Below are positions 1 through 10,772 of a stretch of 38,937 bases of DNA, piece by piece. A program made the translations under genes and the position numbers. The notes under the pieces were generated by a model. It was not told the origin of the DNA, ran no database searches, and saw only the letters and a program-made list of their open reading frames with translations. Position 1 is the first letter of the stretch. The number at the start of each line of letters is the position of its first letter. Source of the DNA: Anaerolineales bacterium Chloro_02 (GTDB lineage: Bacteria; Chloroflexota; Anaerolineae; Anaerolineales; Anaerolineaceae); NCBI GenBank assembly GCA_001603765.1, contig LUZV01000032.1, positions 1-38,937 on the forward strand, read 5' to 3'.

Positions 1-1
1 G

Positions 2-2077
2 CTGGAAAAAGGCGGCATTCGTGATTTGATTGCCGACATTTATGATATGGATGGTCAGGAAGTGACTACGCAAGTCGCCGACAGTATCAAGGATATCGGT
101 TTCCGTTTTGCCTCCCAATCCGGCTCCACGCTGGCGGTCGCTGATATCACCGTTCCGCCAGAAAAAGCCGAATACATCCAGACGGCGCTGCTGGAAGTAG
201 AACGTGTTCAGAAAGAATATCGCCGTGGTTTGCTGACAGAGCAGGAACAGAACGACCTGATTATTGAAGTATGGCAAGACACAACAAAGAAGGTTGGAGA
301 CGCAGTTAAAAAGCATCTTGATCCAAATGGCAACCTTTCCACGATGGCTGTTTCCGGGGCAACAAAAGGTGGTTTTAGCCCTATTTCACAGATGGCTGGA
401 ATGCGCGGTTTGATGGCTGATCCGTCTGGTCGAATTATCCCAATGCCTATCCGCTCAAACTTCCGTGAAGGGCTGTCCGCGCTGGAATACTTTATTTCCA
501 CGCATGGTACCCGCAAGGGCTTGGCTGATACCGCTATCCGAACCGCTGACGCAGGGTATCTGACAAGGCGTTTGGTGGATGTTGCGCAGGATATGATCAT
601 CAATAGTGAAGACTGCGGCACCGAGGAAGGCATTTGGATTTCAGCGGCAGATGACGTGGCAGGACAGCCTTTTAGCGAACGAATTTTTGGACGTCTGCTG
701 GCGGAACGTGTCCTTGACGCCGAAACCGGCGAGGTCATCGGTGAACCCAACGACATGATTAATAAGGAACTCAGCCGTAAGATCATTAAAGCTGGAGTGA
801 AGAAGGTGAAAGTGCGTTCTCCACTAACCTGTGAGCTAATTCACGGGATTTGTTCACGATGCTACGGTATGGATCTTGGTCGGGGCAATCTGGTTGAACT
901 TGGGTCGGCTGTCGGTGTTGTGGCTGCCCAGTCCATTGGTGAGCCTGGCACACAGCTGACACTGCGAACCTTCCACACGGGTGGTGTGGCAGGCGGCGGT
1001 GATATTACCACTGGTCTTCCCCGTGTTGAGGAGCTTTTTGAAGCACGGCGGATGCCCCGCGGCGAAGCAGTAATCACTCAAATAAACGGCAAAGCCCACA
1101 TTATGGTTTCCGACAAGAATCCTGATATTCGCACTGTGCGCGTGGAAAGCAGCGGGATGGTCTCTCAGCGCTATGCTATCCCGACTGGTTGGGAAATCAT
1201 GGTGCAGGATGAAGACGAAGTCAAAAAAGACGCGGTGCTTGCAGTTCACGAAGAAACAGCCGTTAGAGCGGAACACGAAGGCAGAGTGCGGATCGAGGAC
1301 GGCGAGGTTGTGGTTTCGTATGAAGATCGCATAAGCGAGGATTACGAAATTCCTTCGACTTCCCGCCTTTTGATTTCTGAAGGACAAATGGTGATTGCGG
1401 GCGAACAGCTGACCGAAGGGTCGCTCAACCCCCATACCATTTTGAAGATCAATGGTCCTGAGGCAACTGAACTTTATCTGCTGAAGGAAATCCAACAAGT
1501 TTACCGCACGCAGGGTCAGAACATCAACGACAAGCATTTTGAGGTCATTATCCGCAAGATGCTGAATAAGGTTCAGATCACTCGCCCCGGCGACTCGGAA
1601 TTCCTGCCGCAGGATTTGGTTGACCGCCTTGAAATCCGCAAAATCAATGATGACCTGGTGGCACGCGGTCTGCGCCCCGCGCGCTTCCTGAACGTGTTGT
1701 TAGGTGTCTCGAAGGCATCGCTGAGCACGGATTCGTTCCTCTCCGCGGCGTCCTTCCAACATACGATTAAGGTTCTGGCTGGCGCGGCGATCTCCTCCAA
1801 GGAAGACCCGCTTTATGGCTTGAAGGAGAACGTCATCATTGGCAAGCTCATTCCGGCCGGAAATGGCTTTGTTCCTGGTCGCTTTGATGATCAGTTGGCA
1901 GAGACAGATCTGGGCAACCTTGATATTGCTAACCAGCAGATGCATATTTTCACCGATGATGCAGACCTTTCAGAAGGTTTGTATGACGATGAAGACGATA
2001 TTGAAGCTGGCGATTATGATTTGTATGATGAGGGTGGGCTCGACGATGATGAAGACCTCACGGACGATGAAGAGTAG
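2..2077 (+). CDS. rpoC: DNA-directed RNA polymerase subunit beta' (C-terminal part, 5' end outside window)
   Basis: The frame is open from the window edge (the track start at 26 is only a TTG). It carries conserved beta' motifs [16 protein letters not shown] (trigger loop) and [19 protein letters not shown], and ends in an acidic D/E tail. Confidence 0.93.
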   Translation: MEKGGIRDLIADIYDMDGQEVTTQVADSIKDIGFRFASQSGSTLAVADITVPPEKAEYIQTALLEVERVQKEYRRGLLTEQEQNDLIIEVWQDTTKKVGDAVKKHLDPNGNLSTMAVSGATKGGFSPISQMAGMRGLMADPSGRIIPMPIRSNFREGLSALEYFISTHGTRKGLADTAIRTADAGYLTRRLVDVAQDMIINSEDCGTEEGIWISAADDVAGQPFSERIFGRLLAERVLDAETGEVIGEPNDMINKELSRKIIKAGVKKVKVRSPLTCELIHGICSRCYGMDLGRGNLVELGSAVGVVAAQSIGEPGTQLTLRTFHTGGVAGGGDITTGLPRVEELFEARRMPRGEAVITQINGKAHIMVSDKNPDIRTVRVESSGMVSQRYAIPTGWEIMVQDEDEVKKDAVLAVHEETAVRAEHEGRVRIEDGEVVVSYEDRISEDYEIPSTSRLLISEGQMVIAGEQLTEGSLNPHTILKINGPEATELYLLKEIQQVYRTQGQNINDKHFEVIIRKMLNKVQITRPGDSEFLPQDLVDRLEIRKINDDLVARGLRPARFLNVLLGVSKASLSTDSFLSAASFQHTIKVLAGAAISSKEDPLYGLKENVIIGKLIPAGNGFVPGRFDDQLAETDLGNLDIANQQMHIFTDDADLSEGLYDDEDDIEAGDYDLYDEGGLDDDEDLTDDEE

Positions 2078-2104
2078 TCCAACGAGGAGTATGTAATAAA
2101 AAAG

Positions 2105-2136
2105 ACCCGGAGTGGACCATCACTTCGGGTTTTTTT
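2105..2136 (+). terminator. Rho-independent terminator after rpoC
   Basis: Stem ACCCGGAGT / ACTTCGGGT (one mismatch) is followed by a T7 run, 28 nt after the rpoC stop. Confidence 0.7.
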
Positions 2137-2194
2137 ATGCTATAGTTGGTGAAAATTGAGAAAAATAACGGCTGAAGCAGAGAAAGAGCGGAAT

Positions 2195-4642
2195 ATGAAC
2201 TCAACCGCCACCCAAAAAGTTAATATCAACGCTGAGATGCAACAATCGTATCTGGATTATGCGATGAGCGTCATTGTTTCGCGCGCGCTGCCTGACGCGA
2301 GAGACGGTCTGAAACCGGTTCAGCGGAGAATCTTGTATGCCATGTACGATATGGGCATACGCGACGACACTCCGCATAAAAAATCGGCTCGTATTGTTGG
2401 CGAAGTGCTTGGCAAATATCATCCGCACGGCGATACGGCTGTTTATGACGCGATGGCAAGGATGGCGCAGGACTTTTCGGAGCGCTATCTTTTGGTCGAT
2501 GGACAGGGGAACTTCGGCAGTGTGGACGGTGATCCACCAGCAGCCATGCGCTACACTGAAGCAAGACTTTCTTCGCCTGCGATCGAGATATTACGCCAAC
2601 TCGACCTGGATACCGTTGATTACATTGACAATTTTGACGGAACGTTAAAAGAGCCGGAAGTGCTGCCTTCCGCAATCCCGAACATGCTAGTTAATGGGGC
2701 TTCGGGTATAGCCGTTGGGATGGCAACCAACATCCCGCCTCACAACCTCGGGGAAGTGGTGGACGCTTTGGTGATGATGCTTGAAAACTGGGATGACATT
2801 GAAAACATCACTGTCGAAGACATCATGCGTTTCATCAAAGGACCTGATTTTCCGACCGGTGGTTTGATTATTCAGGACGAAGGCTCAATCCCTCTGACGA
2901 CGATTTACGGCAGCGGAAATGGAACGGTAAAAGTACGAGCGCGCACGCGGATTGAGGAAATGTCTCGCGGGCGGATGAGGATCATCGTGACTGAATTGCC
3001 CTACATGGTCAATAAATCCGCGCTGATCGAGAGGATCGCCGAGATCTCGCGCGAAGGCGGGCTGGAGGGTCTTTCGGACCTGAGGGATGAATCGGATCGG
3101 CAGGGTATGCGGATCGTGATCGACCTGAACAAAAACGCTGACCCTGAGGAAGTTTTAGCAACGCTGTATAAACGCACTCAGATGCATAACACTTTCGGGA
3201 TCAACATTCTGGCTTTAGTGGATGGCAGCCCGCACCGCTTGACCCTGAAACAGGCTCTGAGAGTCTTCGCGGATCACCGATTGACGATTATCCGAAGGCG
3301 CAGCGAGTATCTGCTGAAGAAAAACGAAGATCGACTGCACATTCTGGAAGCGCTAAAGGTGGCAATCGATCATATTGATGAAGTCATCCGGATTATCCGA
3401 AAATCCGCATCAGTAGAAGAAGCGCGCGAGAACCTGATGGCAAAGTATAAGCTTGATGAAATTCAGGCGAACGCGATTCTCGAGATGCCGCTGCGCCGTT
3501 TAGCCTCGTTGGAACGGAAGAAAATTGAGGATGAATTCAAGGAAGTCAGTAAAACTATTGCTGAACTCAAAGCGCTGCTGAAGTCGCCTAAAATGATGCG
3601 CAAAGTGGCAGTAGAGGAGCTGAAAGCAATTAAACAGAAATATGGCGACTCCAGGCGGACTCAGATTATTCACTTGGGCGAAGGCGAAAAGGCATCAGAT
3701 ATGTTTACGATGACCGACGTCATGCCAGTGGAGAACTTCTGGATTGAAGCGAGCGAAAACGGGCTGCTTTCGCGAACGGACGCGGATAAACCCAATCGGC
3801 TCGGTGGCGATGGCGCCCCATGGAATATGGTCCGCACGAACACCCATCAAACCATCTTTTTGGTGACGACAGAAGGAAAGGCAGCGGCAATCTCTTCTTA
3901 CTCGGTGCCGGTACAGAAGGCTGATGAAGAGGGCGTGCCCGTTTCGAAGTTGGCGCCGCTGCATCAAAATGATATCCTTCAAGGGATTTTTGCCGTCCCA
4001 ATCAATGGGGAGCCGGCAGATGAGCGCTTTGTAGTCACAGTTACCAGGCAGGGCATGATTAAACGCTCAGCGATCTCGGATCTGCCCGGGGCATCGGCTA
4101 GCGCGTTTACGTTGGTGAAGGTCAACGATAACGACGAGCTATTTGAGGTGCTGCTGACAAGGGGCAATCAGGATATTCTGCTGACGACAGCCAGCGGGAT
4201 GGCGATTCGATTTAGTGAAACCGAAGTCAGGGCAATGGGGTTGATCGCGGCGGGTGTAAACGCGATTAAATTAAAGCCCGGCGATTATGTTGTTGGCGCC
4301 TCTATTGTTGAAGACAAAGATGAGGTGGCGATGATCACCCAAAGAGGTTTGGCAAAGCGCATGCCAGGAACGGAGTTCCCGGTGCAGGGCAGGTATGGGC
4401 AGGGTGTGATTGGCTGGAAGCTCGGCAAAGAAGATCAAATTTGCGCGGTCATTGTTGGAAAACTGACCGATAAAGGCATCTGCCATTTTCAGAAGAGTGC
4501 CAGCAAGGTCTTTACAATCACAAACGCCATCAGTAGAAAACGAGCCTCAAATGGGCAGGAACTGTTTACACTAAAGCCCAATGATGAAGTGATTGGCTTC
4601 ACCAACCTGGACGATTTTGTTCAGTTTTGGGAAAAAGCTTAG
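2195..4642 (+). CDS. gyrA: DNA gyrase subunit A
   Basis: Motifs [28 protein letters not shown] and YHPHGD (QRDR), with C-terminal beta-pinwheel repeats. The ATG at 2195 is preferred over the TTG at 2156. Confidence 0.95.
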   Translation: MNSTATQKVNINAEMQQSYLDYAMSVIVSRALPDARDGLKPVQRRILYAMYDMGIRDDTPHKKSARIVGEVLGKYHPHGDTAVYDAMARMAQDFSERYLLVDGQGNFGSVDGDPPAAMRYTEARLSSPAIEILRQLDLDTVDYIDNFDGTLKEPEVLPSAIPNMLVNGASGIAVGMATNIPPHNLGEVVDALVMMLENWDDIENITVEDIMRFIKGPDFPTGGLIIQDEGSIPLTTIYGSGNGTVKVRARTRIEEMSRGRMRIIVTELPYMVNKSALIERIAEISREGGLEGLSDLRDESDRQGMRIVIDLNKNADPEEVLATLYKRTQMHNTFGINILALVDGSPHRLTLKQALRVFADHRLTIIRRRSEYLLKKNEDRLHILEALKVAIDHIDEVIRIIRKSASVEEARENLMAKYKLDEIQANAILEMPLRRLASLERKKIEDEFKEVSKTIAELKALLKSPKMMRKVAVEELKAIKQKYGDSRRTQIIHLGEGEKASDMFTMTDVMPVENFWIEASENGLLSRTDADKPNRLGGDGAPWNMVRTNTHQTIFLVTTEGKAAAISSYSVPVQKADEEGVPVSKLAPLHQNDILQGIFAVPINGEPADERFVVTVTRQGMIKRSAISDLPGASASAFTLVKVNDNDELFEVLLTRGNQDILLTTASGMAIRFSETEVRAMGLIAAGVNAIKLKPGDYVVGASIVEDKDEVAMITQRGLAKRMPGTEFPVQGRYGQGVIGWKLGKEDQICAVIVGKLTDKGICHFQKSASKVFTITNAISRKRASNGQELFTLKPNDEVIGFTNLDDFVQFWEKA

Positions 4643-5229
4643 CCTTGCGCCGCGTTTGGGCTGAGGTTGCCCTCGAGATCCAGCTCCTTCGCGATTTTGC
4701 GCATAGCCATAATTGAAAAATCAACGTGCTGCCAAAGATCCAGCCCGAATTCCTGGGCACCTTGAGCAATTAAATCCCGATCGGCGCCAGCCGCGAAGGA
4801 TTTATCTTTCCATTTCTTACGGACGGATGATGCCTGAAGATCGTAAAGCGAGCGGGAGGGTCTGACGAGAGCCACTGCGGTAATCAGACCCGTCACCTCG
4901 TCGCAAGCGAAAAGAGCTTTGGCAAGGCGGCTCTCGCGAGGGATGCCGGTATGGTCAGAATGCGCGCCAATAGCTTCTATCACGTCTTCAGGAACACCAG
5001 CCTCGCGCAAGATAGGCAGCCCAGCCAGGGGATGTTCTTCGGCAGTTGGGTGTATCTCCCAGTCAAAATCGTGAAGCAAGCCTGTCAAGCCCCACAAGTC
5101 AATATCCTCACTGAGCGCTTCGGCATAAGTGCGCATGACAGCCTCGACACTGAGCATATGGCGCACGAGGGCTTCGTTTTTAACATAGGTTCTCACAAAA
5201 TCCAAAGCTTGTTGTCGCTGCATAAACAC
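4639..5229 (-). CDS. HD-domain metal-dependent phosphohydrolase
   Basis: HD signature LLHDFDWE plus downstream His residues (GAHSDH). The 196 aa length is typical of stand-alone HD/HDIG hydrolases. Confidence 0.7.
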   Translation of the reverse strand: MFMQRQQALDFVRTYVKNEALVRHMLSVEAVMRTYAEALSEDIDLWGLTGLLHDFDWEIHPTAEEHPLAGLPILREAGVPEDVIEAIGAHSDHTGIPRESRLAKALFACDEVTGLITAVALVRPSRSLYDLQASSVRKKWKDKSFAAGADRDLIAQGAQEFGLDLWQHVDFSIMAMRKIAKELDLEGNLSPNAAQG

Positions 5230-5232
5230 CTC

Positions 5233-5880
5233 TCAGGGAGTAAAAATGGGTTCTGGTTTGCCCAGAATTGGTTCTGGTTTTAGAAAAAAGACATCAAGAT
5301 AGGCTGCCACGCTGGCAAAAACCTCCCGAAAATTCCAGAAAATGTATCGGCTGCGAAGATAATCGGACTGTTTCACCGCTAAACCGGAGGCTTTGAGACC
5401 AAACTGATTACACAGGAAAATCATCCGCGGCAAATGGTAATTTTGAGTTGTGATGATGACTGAATTTAGGCCGAATATTTCTTTAGCGCGGTAGCATGTG
5501 TCGTAAGTGCGGCGACCGGCATAGTCAATGACGACGTCCGCTTCCGGAACGCCTTGCTCAACCGCGTAATTTGCCATAACACCGGGTTCGTTGTAGTGGA
5601 TTGAACTGTTATCGCCAGAAACGAGGATTTTTTGAACTTTTCCGGCAAAATAAAGATCAATCGCGCCGTCCAGCCTGTCTCGCAGGGCGAGAGTCGGGCG
5701 ACCGTCAGCAGTGATGCCAGCGCCGGGGACCAGGGCAACCTGGGCTGACGGGATTGAATCAAGATCAAAGATCTGAGATTGAGTGGTCATGATCAGCGCA
5801 ACGCGGGAAAGACCAAGCAGAAAAAAAGAAACGCAGGCAAGGATCAAGAGAAGACGGATGAACTTTTTCATGGCGATCAA
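5233..5880 (-). CDS. DUF218 (SanA/YdcF-like) membrane-anchored protein
   Basis: An N-terminal TM helix is followed by ALVPGAG...LALRDRL...KILVSGDN, typical of the SanA/YdcF family. Confidence 0.65.
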   Translation of the reverse strand: MIAMKKFIRLLLILACVSFFLLGLSRVALIMTTQSQIFDLDSIPSAQVALVPGAGITADGRPTLALRDRLDGAIDLYFAGKVQKILVSGDNSSIHYNEPGVMANYAVEQGVPEADVVIDYAGRRTYDTCYRAKEIFGLNSVIITTQNYHLPRMIFLCNQFGLKASGLAVKQSDYLRSRYIFWNFREVFASVAAYLDVFFLKPEPILGKPEPIFTP

Positions 5881-6932
5881 TTGGAAAGAAGATCGGCAAG
5901 CCGCACGTTCGTGACAGCCAGCAGTTCGCGCAGGGTGGAATAGGCGCTATCCGGCAAAGGTTCCAGCGCCGCGACTTCATAGTTGAGCGCGAGGCTGAGC
6001 TGAGCCTTACCGGCATCTGTCCGGGCGAATTCGCGCAAAAAATCAGATACGCGGGACTGCAGACTGAGATCCACCTGAGGGGAAAAAGACAAATTTAGAT
6101 TTGGGATGATCTGAGGGGATAGCCACAGGACGGGGAGCTTTTCAATCGTGTCTGGGAGGTCTTTTATGACCTCAGACGAAGTGCGCGGGTCCGCCGAAAC
6201 GGCGTAGGTGGCGGCGTAACCGCAGACGCCTTTGATGTAAAGCGCTCGGATGGCGGCACTGTACGAATAAGTTTGGACTGGCTCAAGGAACGGGATGTTG
6301 TTTTGGATCAGGTAGCCCAGAGGGACCCAATAACCTGCCAGCGAATGGTCGTCCGTCAGGCAGCCGCGCAGACCAGAGAGCTGCGCCAGCGCGGCGCTGG
6401 CAGGGGCTGTGGAAGTATGTGTGCCGACGTTGAAATACGGCACCATGCCGCTATCGGAATGACCAAGGAACTGTACGCCGTAGCCTGTGACGCCGAGGTG
6501 GTTGCTGACAAGGAGAGACGTGGCAAGCCCTTTTTGGGAAGCAAGCAGATATTCAACCGGCTGCAACCAGGCAAAATGCACCTGCTGCCGCTGAAGGGCA
6601 TATTCAAGATCGTGATAACTGCTGAAAAAACGAGCCGTAACGCTTTGCTGTAAGAGGATTCCAAGCTGGTTGGCGATTTCCGATAGAGCAGATTGCTGTT
6701 CGGTTGTGGGAGATGGATGAACCAACGCAATCACAATGGGGTTTTCAGCTGACCCTAACGCGGCAGGAGTGGGGGTGAAAGTGGGCATGGCGGTTGGGTA
6801 GCCAGGGTTGGGGGTGGAAGTGGAAAAGTCGTGCGAGAGGGTTGGAACTGTTTGTCCGCTGACCCCGCAGGCAGAAAGCAGCAGGCTCGCAACAAGGCTC
6901 AGAATCAAAAATGACTTACGCATGTCAAACAT
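5877..6932 (-). CDS. PhnD-like (phosphonate/phosphite-type) substrate-binding lipoprotein
   Basis: Lipobox LLLSAC, a Pro/Thr linker, then a periplasmic-binding-protein-like body. No ABC permease or ATPase gene is adjacent. Confidence 0.5.
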   Translation of the reverse strand: MFDMRKSFLILSLVASLLLSACGVSGQTVPTLSHDFSTSTPNPGYPTAMPTFTPTPAALGSAENPIVIALVHPSPTTEQQSALSEIANQLGILLQQSVTARFFSSYHDLEYALQRQQVHFAWLQPVEYLLASQKGLATSLLVSNHLGVTGYGVQFLGHSDSGMVPYFNVGTHTSTAPASAALAQLSGLRGCLTDDHSLAGYWVPLGYLIQNNIPFLEPVQTYSYSAAIRALYIKGVCGYAATYAVSADPRTSSEVIKDLPDTIEKLPVLWLSPQIIPNLNLSFSPQVDLSLQSRVSDFLREFARTDAGKAQLSLALNYEVAALEPLPDSAYSTLRELLAVTNVRLADLLSN

Positions 6933-7161
6933 GCCTGAATTTTACCTTATTTCACTCACTGAATTGTTTGGCGGGAAGCTGGTCTTAATGTGAACATAAT
7001 TAACTATCAATACTGTAAAGATTATGCCTGTTGTGGCGAAATCGCTGATAAGTAAGCTGCTTGGTGCCTTTCCTGAACAGGCGCTTGCTGCGGAAATGGT
7101 TGTTGGCCGGTTTTATCTCAACTCAGGTATGCTAAAATCGAAGAAAAGGCTGGAGGTCAGG

Positions 7162-7647
7162 ATGGAGATCAAAACTGTAAAGATAGTGAAACCGGAATTA
7201 ATCAATTTTGTGCTTGGGCAGTCCCATTTTATCAAGACGGTTGAAGATGTTCACGAGGCATTGGTGAGCACGGTGCCCGGGATCAAGTTTGGGCTGGCGT
7301 TCTGCGAGGCGTCGGGAGAGTGCCTGGTTAGGTGGACGGGCACGGATGAGGAAATGATCAAGCTGGCACAACAAAACGCGCTGGCGATTGGCGCGGGGCA
7401 CAGCTTTATCCTTTTTTTGGGTGAAGGTTATTACCCGATCAATGTTCTGAAAATCCTCCAAAACGTCCCTGAAATTTGCGGTTTTTTCTGCGCCACGGCC
7501 AACCCAACGGAAGTGATTGTGATAGAGACCGAACTCGGACGAGGGATTTTAGGCGTGGTGGATGGATTTTCGCCGAAAGGGATCGAAGACGAAGCCGGGA
7601 TTGCGTGGCGCAAGGGGCTGCTGAGGAAGATTGGGTATAAGTTTTAG
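7162..7647 (+). CDS. Adenosine-specific kinase-like protein (DUF355 family)
   Basis: MEIKTVKIVKP...GQSHFIKTVEDVHEAL...FCEASG matches the small archaeal/bacterial adenosine-kinase-like family. GGAGGT lies 5 nt upstream of the ATG at 7162. Confidence 0.6.
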   Translation: MEIKTVKIVKPELINFVLGQSHFIKTVEDVHEALVSTVPGIKFGLAFCEASGECLVRWTGTDEEMIKLAQQNALAIGAGHSFILFLGEGYYPINVLKILQNVPEICGFFCATANPTEVIVIETELGRGILGVVDGFSPKGIEDEAGIAWRKGLLRKIGYKF

Positions 7648-7648
7648 C

Positions 7649-8254
7649 TCAATCCTGACGCAGCGGAAGCTTCAGCTGTGAGATCATGCCCAAGACGGCT
7701 TTAGCCCGGTGGCTGATCTGATTCTTTACTGATGGCTCAAGTTCTGCCATAGTTTGGTCGGAGGAATCAACCAGAAAGATCGGATCATAGCCAAACCCAT
7801 TCTTTCCGCGGAATTCCGGGATGATCTGACCGCTGCAAATGCCGTGGCTGTGCTTCAGCCGACCTTGCCGGTCCAATAGCACTACCTCGCAGTGGAAGGC
7901 AGCGCGCCAGGGCTGAGGATACGGCTTAAGGAGTTCAAGCAGATAGAGGCAGCGGTCGGTGCTGGTGGCGTTTGGGTCAGGTAAAAGTCGGTTCGATTGA
8001 ATGCCAGGGGCGCCATCCAACGCCTCAACTTCCAGGCCGGAATCGTCCGCCAGTACCGAGAATTTTCCACCCTGCCAATAGGATTGGGCTTTTAAATAAG
8101 CATTTTCGTAATAGGTGCTGCCGTTTTCCTCAACATCGCTTAGGATGCCAAATTCAGTTGGAGTGTGGAGCACCACATCGTAAGGCGAAAAGATAGATTT
8201 GAACTCGAGAACCTTATGCTGGTTGGATGTGGCAAGTAGAAATGAGGCGGTCAT
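7649..8254 (-). CDS. rdgB: Non-canonical purine NTP pyrophosphatase (RdgB/HAM1)
   Basis: Motifs ATSNQHKVLEF, DDSGLEVEALDGAPG, GFGYDPIF and SHRAKA. Confidence 0.88.
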   Translation of the reverse strand: MTASFLLATSNQHKVLEFKSIFSPYDVVLHTPTEFGILSDVEENGSTYYENAYLKAQSYWQGGKFSVLADDSGLEVEALDGAPGIQSNRLLPDPNATSTDRCLYLLELLKPYPQPWRAAFHCEVVLLDRQGRLKHSHGICSGQIIPEFRGKNGFGYDPIFLVDSSDQTMAELEPSVKNQISHRAKAVLGMISQLKLPLRQD

Positions 8255-8333
8255 GGTCTGGGCTCTCTGGTTTCTGAGCGTTGGGCTCCTGGGATGTTAT
8301 AATCAAAAAAAGCTTGGGAAATTGTAACTTACT

Positions 8334-8819
8334 ATGGAAAAAATGCGCATACCTCTACGGACAAATATCGGATACTTTTTCAATAGACCGATCGGTTTTT
8401 CACGGGATTTCACAATGGAATATCCCGAAATCTTCATTGATCCCGATTTGCAGTTATTTAACCTGTCAGGGCGCTACACAATCTCGCGCACACGCGAAGG
8501 TCTTCTACTGCAAGCCTGGATTGAAGCGGAAATTGAGAGCCAATGCAGCCGCTGCCTGGATTTATTCCGCGCTAAGGTTTCAACCGATTTTGAGGAACTT
8601 TATGTTTTTGGCAATCGAGTGCAGGAAGAATTGGATGAGGAAGTTGTACCTGAGGATGGATATATTGACCTCGGGAAACCCATCCGGGATTATTTGCTGC
8701 TTGACCTGCCGATGAATCTGATCTGTAAGCAAGACTGCAAAGGCATTTGCGTGGAGTGCGGCATCAACCTCAACCTGCAGATATGCGAGCATACTGACAG
8801 ACGGATAATCTTCGATTAA
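8334..8819 (+). CDS. yceD: YceD/DUF177 family protein
   Basis: Cys pairs CSRCL and CKGICVECGINLN have the spacing typical of DUF177. Confidence 0.7.
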   Translation: MEKMRIPLRTNIGYFFNRPIGFSRDFTMEYPEIFIDPDLQLFNLSGRYTISRTREGLLLQAWIEAEIESQCSRCLDLFRAKVSTDFEELYVFGNRVQEELDEEVVPEDGYIDLGKPIRDYLLLDLPMNLICKQDCKGICVECGINLNLQICEHTDRRIIFD

Positions 8820-8859
8820 TTAGACAAACGTTTATCCCAGTTCGATAGATGATAAAATA

Positions 8860-8880
8860 CCTCATCAAGTTTTGATGAGG
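8860..8880 (+). promoter_or_regulatory. 9-bp hairpin overlapping the metG Shine-Dalgarno (or a weak yceD terminator)
   Basis: CCTCATCAA-gtt-TTGATGAGG. The right arm contains the GAGG of the GAGGAG SD located 7 nt before the ATG at 8890, and is followed by AGTTTTGA. Confidence 0.35.
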
Positions 8881-8889
8881 AGTTTTGAT

Positions 8890-10695
8890 ATGACTGAGAA
8901 CATATTGATTGCCGTTGCATGGCCTTACGCCAATTCGGATATCCACGCCGGGAATATCACTGGGTCTCACCTTCCGGGTGATATTGTGGCTCGATACCAT
9001 CGCTTGCGCGGTCGGAATGTTCTGATGGTCAGCGGTTCAGACTCGCACGGCACCGCAATTACTATCAAAGCGGACCAGATGGGCAAAACCCCTGAAGAAA
9101 TTTACAAATACTACCATCCCCGTTTTATCGAGCTGTTTCAGAAGCTGGGGATTGGCTATGACATTTTCACTTCCACCCACACCGAAAACCACTTTGACGT
9201 GGCGCAAAAAGTGTTCCTAACCCTGCTTGAAAACGGCTACCTGAAAACAAGCGTCTCCAAGCAATGGTATAGCGAGGCGCTTGGTCGATTCCTGCCGGAC
9301 CGCTATGTGGAGGGAACGTGCTATTTCTGCGGCAACACCGACGCGCGCAGCGACCAATGCGAAAAATGCGGGAATGAGTTGGAAGCGGAAAAACTGATCG
9401 ATCCGCGATCCAGAGTGGACGGGTCGAGACCTGAATTAAGAGAAACTGAACACTTTTTCCTCGATCTTTCTTCATTGGAACCACAAATCGAGAGCTTTCT
9501 GAAAGCGCGTGAAAGCTATTGGCGCCCGAACGTCCTGAGGCAATCGCTTGGGACGATCCAATCAGTGGGGCTTAAACCGACATCCATTACGAGAGACCTT
9601 GACTGGGGTATTCCGGTGCCGCTGGAGGACTGGAAGGGCAAGAGTCTCTATGTCTGGTTTGAGGCGGTGATGGGCTACCTGTCTTCCACTATTGAGTGGG
9701 CTAAGCTGGTGGGAGAGGCCGATTCATGGCGCAATTGGTGGTTTGATCAAAACGCGAAAGCTTTTTACTTCATCGGCAAAGATAATATTACGTTCCACGC
9801 CGTTACGTGGCCGGCAGAGCTGTTGGGAATGGGTGATGGGTTCGACCGCCGAATGGGCACAGAGGATCCGCAGCGTTTGGTTTTGCCCTACAACGTGCCG
9901 GCAAATGAGTTTATGAACCTTGAAGGGCGTAAGATCAGCGGTAGCCACAACTGGGCGGTCTGGGGTCTGGACGCGCTGGAGAGATACGACGCGGACGCGA
10001 TCCGCTATTACCTGACTGTAGCGATGCCGGAACAGCGCGACACGGATTGGGACTGGGAGGAGTTCTTCCAGCGCAACAATAACGAGCTTGTCGCGACTTG
10101 GGGCAACCTGGTGAACCGGGTGCTTTCGTTTACATATAAAAATTTTGACGGAAAAATCCCAAATCCAGAACAGCTGCGTGAAAGTGACCAAGAGCTGCTG
10201 CGGGTGATTAGGGCCGGGTTTGATAGCGTTGCAGCAAAACTTGAACAAGTGGAGCTGAAATCTGCGCTGGCTGAGGTGATGGCGCTGGCCGGTGAGGTGA
10301 ACAAGTATCTGGACGTCCACGGGCCCTGGTTTGAGATCAAATCCGACCGCGAACAAGCCGCGAAATCGCTCTATACCGCGATTCAGGCAATTGATTGGAT
10401 CAAAGTGATGAGCGCTCCTTTCCTCCCACACACAAGCGAAACTCTTCATCGGCTTTTGGCAAACGAAACCCCGCTTTTTGGCAGTCAATTCACACAATCG
10501 GTGACGGATAACCTCGGAGAGCACGAAATCTTGGGTCTGGATTCCCGCGGGGCTGAAGCCCGAACCGGAAATGACGTCTGGAAAGCCGGGATGCTGGAAG
10601 GTGGAAGAACTTTCAATCAGCCTGTACCGCTAATCAAAAAGCTTGATCACAAAATTGTTGAAGAAGAACGGGCGAGGCTGGGTAAGAGCTCATAG
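8890..10695 (+). CDS. metG: Methionine--tRNA ligase (no C-terminal Trbp111 domain)
   Basis: WPYANSDIHAGN...ARYHRLRG, a single zinc knuckle CYFCGN..CEKCGN, and a KMSKS-position loop reading RKISGS. The ATG at 8890 has a GAGGAG SD. Confidence 0.88.
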   Translation: MTENILIAVAWPYANSDIHAGNITGSHLPGDIVARYHRLRGRNVLMVSGSDSHGTAITIKADQMGKTPEEIYKYYHPRFIELFQKLGIGYDIFTSTHTENHFDVAQKVFLTLLENGYLKTSVSKQWYSEALGRFLPDRYVEGTCYFCGNTDARSDQCEKCGNELEAEKLIDPRSRVDGSRPELRETEHFFLDLSSLEPQIESFLKARESYWRPNVLRQSLGTIQSVGLKPTSITRDLDWGIPVPLEDWKGKSLYVWFEAVMGYLSSTIEWAKLVGEADSWRNWWFDQNAKAFYFIGKDNITFHAVTWPAELLGMGDGFDRRMGTEDPQRLVLPYNVPANEFMNLEGRKISGSHNWAVWGLDALERYDADAIRYYLTVAMPEQRDTDWDWEEFFQRNNNELVATWGNLVNRVLSFTYKNFDGKIPNPEQLRESDQELLRVIRAGFDSVAAKLEQVELKSALAEVMALAGEVNKYLDVHGPWFEIKSDREQAAKSLYTAIQAIDWIKVMSAPFLPHTSETLHRLLANETPLFGSQFTQSVTDNLGEHEILGLDSRGAEARTGNDVWKAGMLEGGRTFNQPVPLIKKLDHKIVEEERARLGKSS

Positions 10696-10772
10696 CTCAT
10701 TAGCAGAATTTCGGAAATAGCGAGAAGGGTTAGCGTCAGATCAACTTTGATGTTACCCGGCGCGCAGCGGCT

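Noticed and set aside
208-1537. Long antisense ORFs (192 aa, 227 aa and 71 aa) inside rpoC
   Set aside because: They lie entirely within and opposite a strongly conserved beta' coding frame. Their low-complexity Ser/Arg/Pro-rich translations are typical of shadow ORFs.
1950-2077. Extremely acidic D/E-rich C-terminal tail of beta'
   Set aside because: This low-complexity lineage-specific tail is in frame and continuous with rpoC. It is not an independent feature.
5233-5290. Direct repeat GGTTCTGGTTT...GGTTCTGGTTT encoding KPEPILGKPEPIF at the C-terminus of the DUF218 protein
   Set aside because: It is a short two-unit coding repeat in a terminal tail, with no further copies and no evident function.
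7024-7161. N-terminal 46-aa extension of the adenosine-kinase-like ORF
   Set aside because: The conserved domain begins at MEIKTV (ATG 7162), which has a GGAGGT SD. The extension has no SD and lies in the divergent promoter region.
9724-10524. 266-aa minus-strand ORF inside metG
   Set aside because: It is a shadow frame of a well-supported MetRS gene, with no motifs and no SD.
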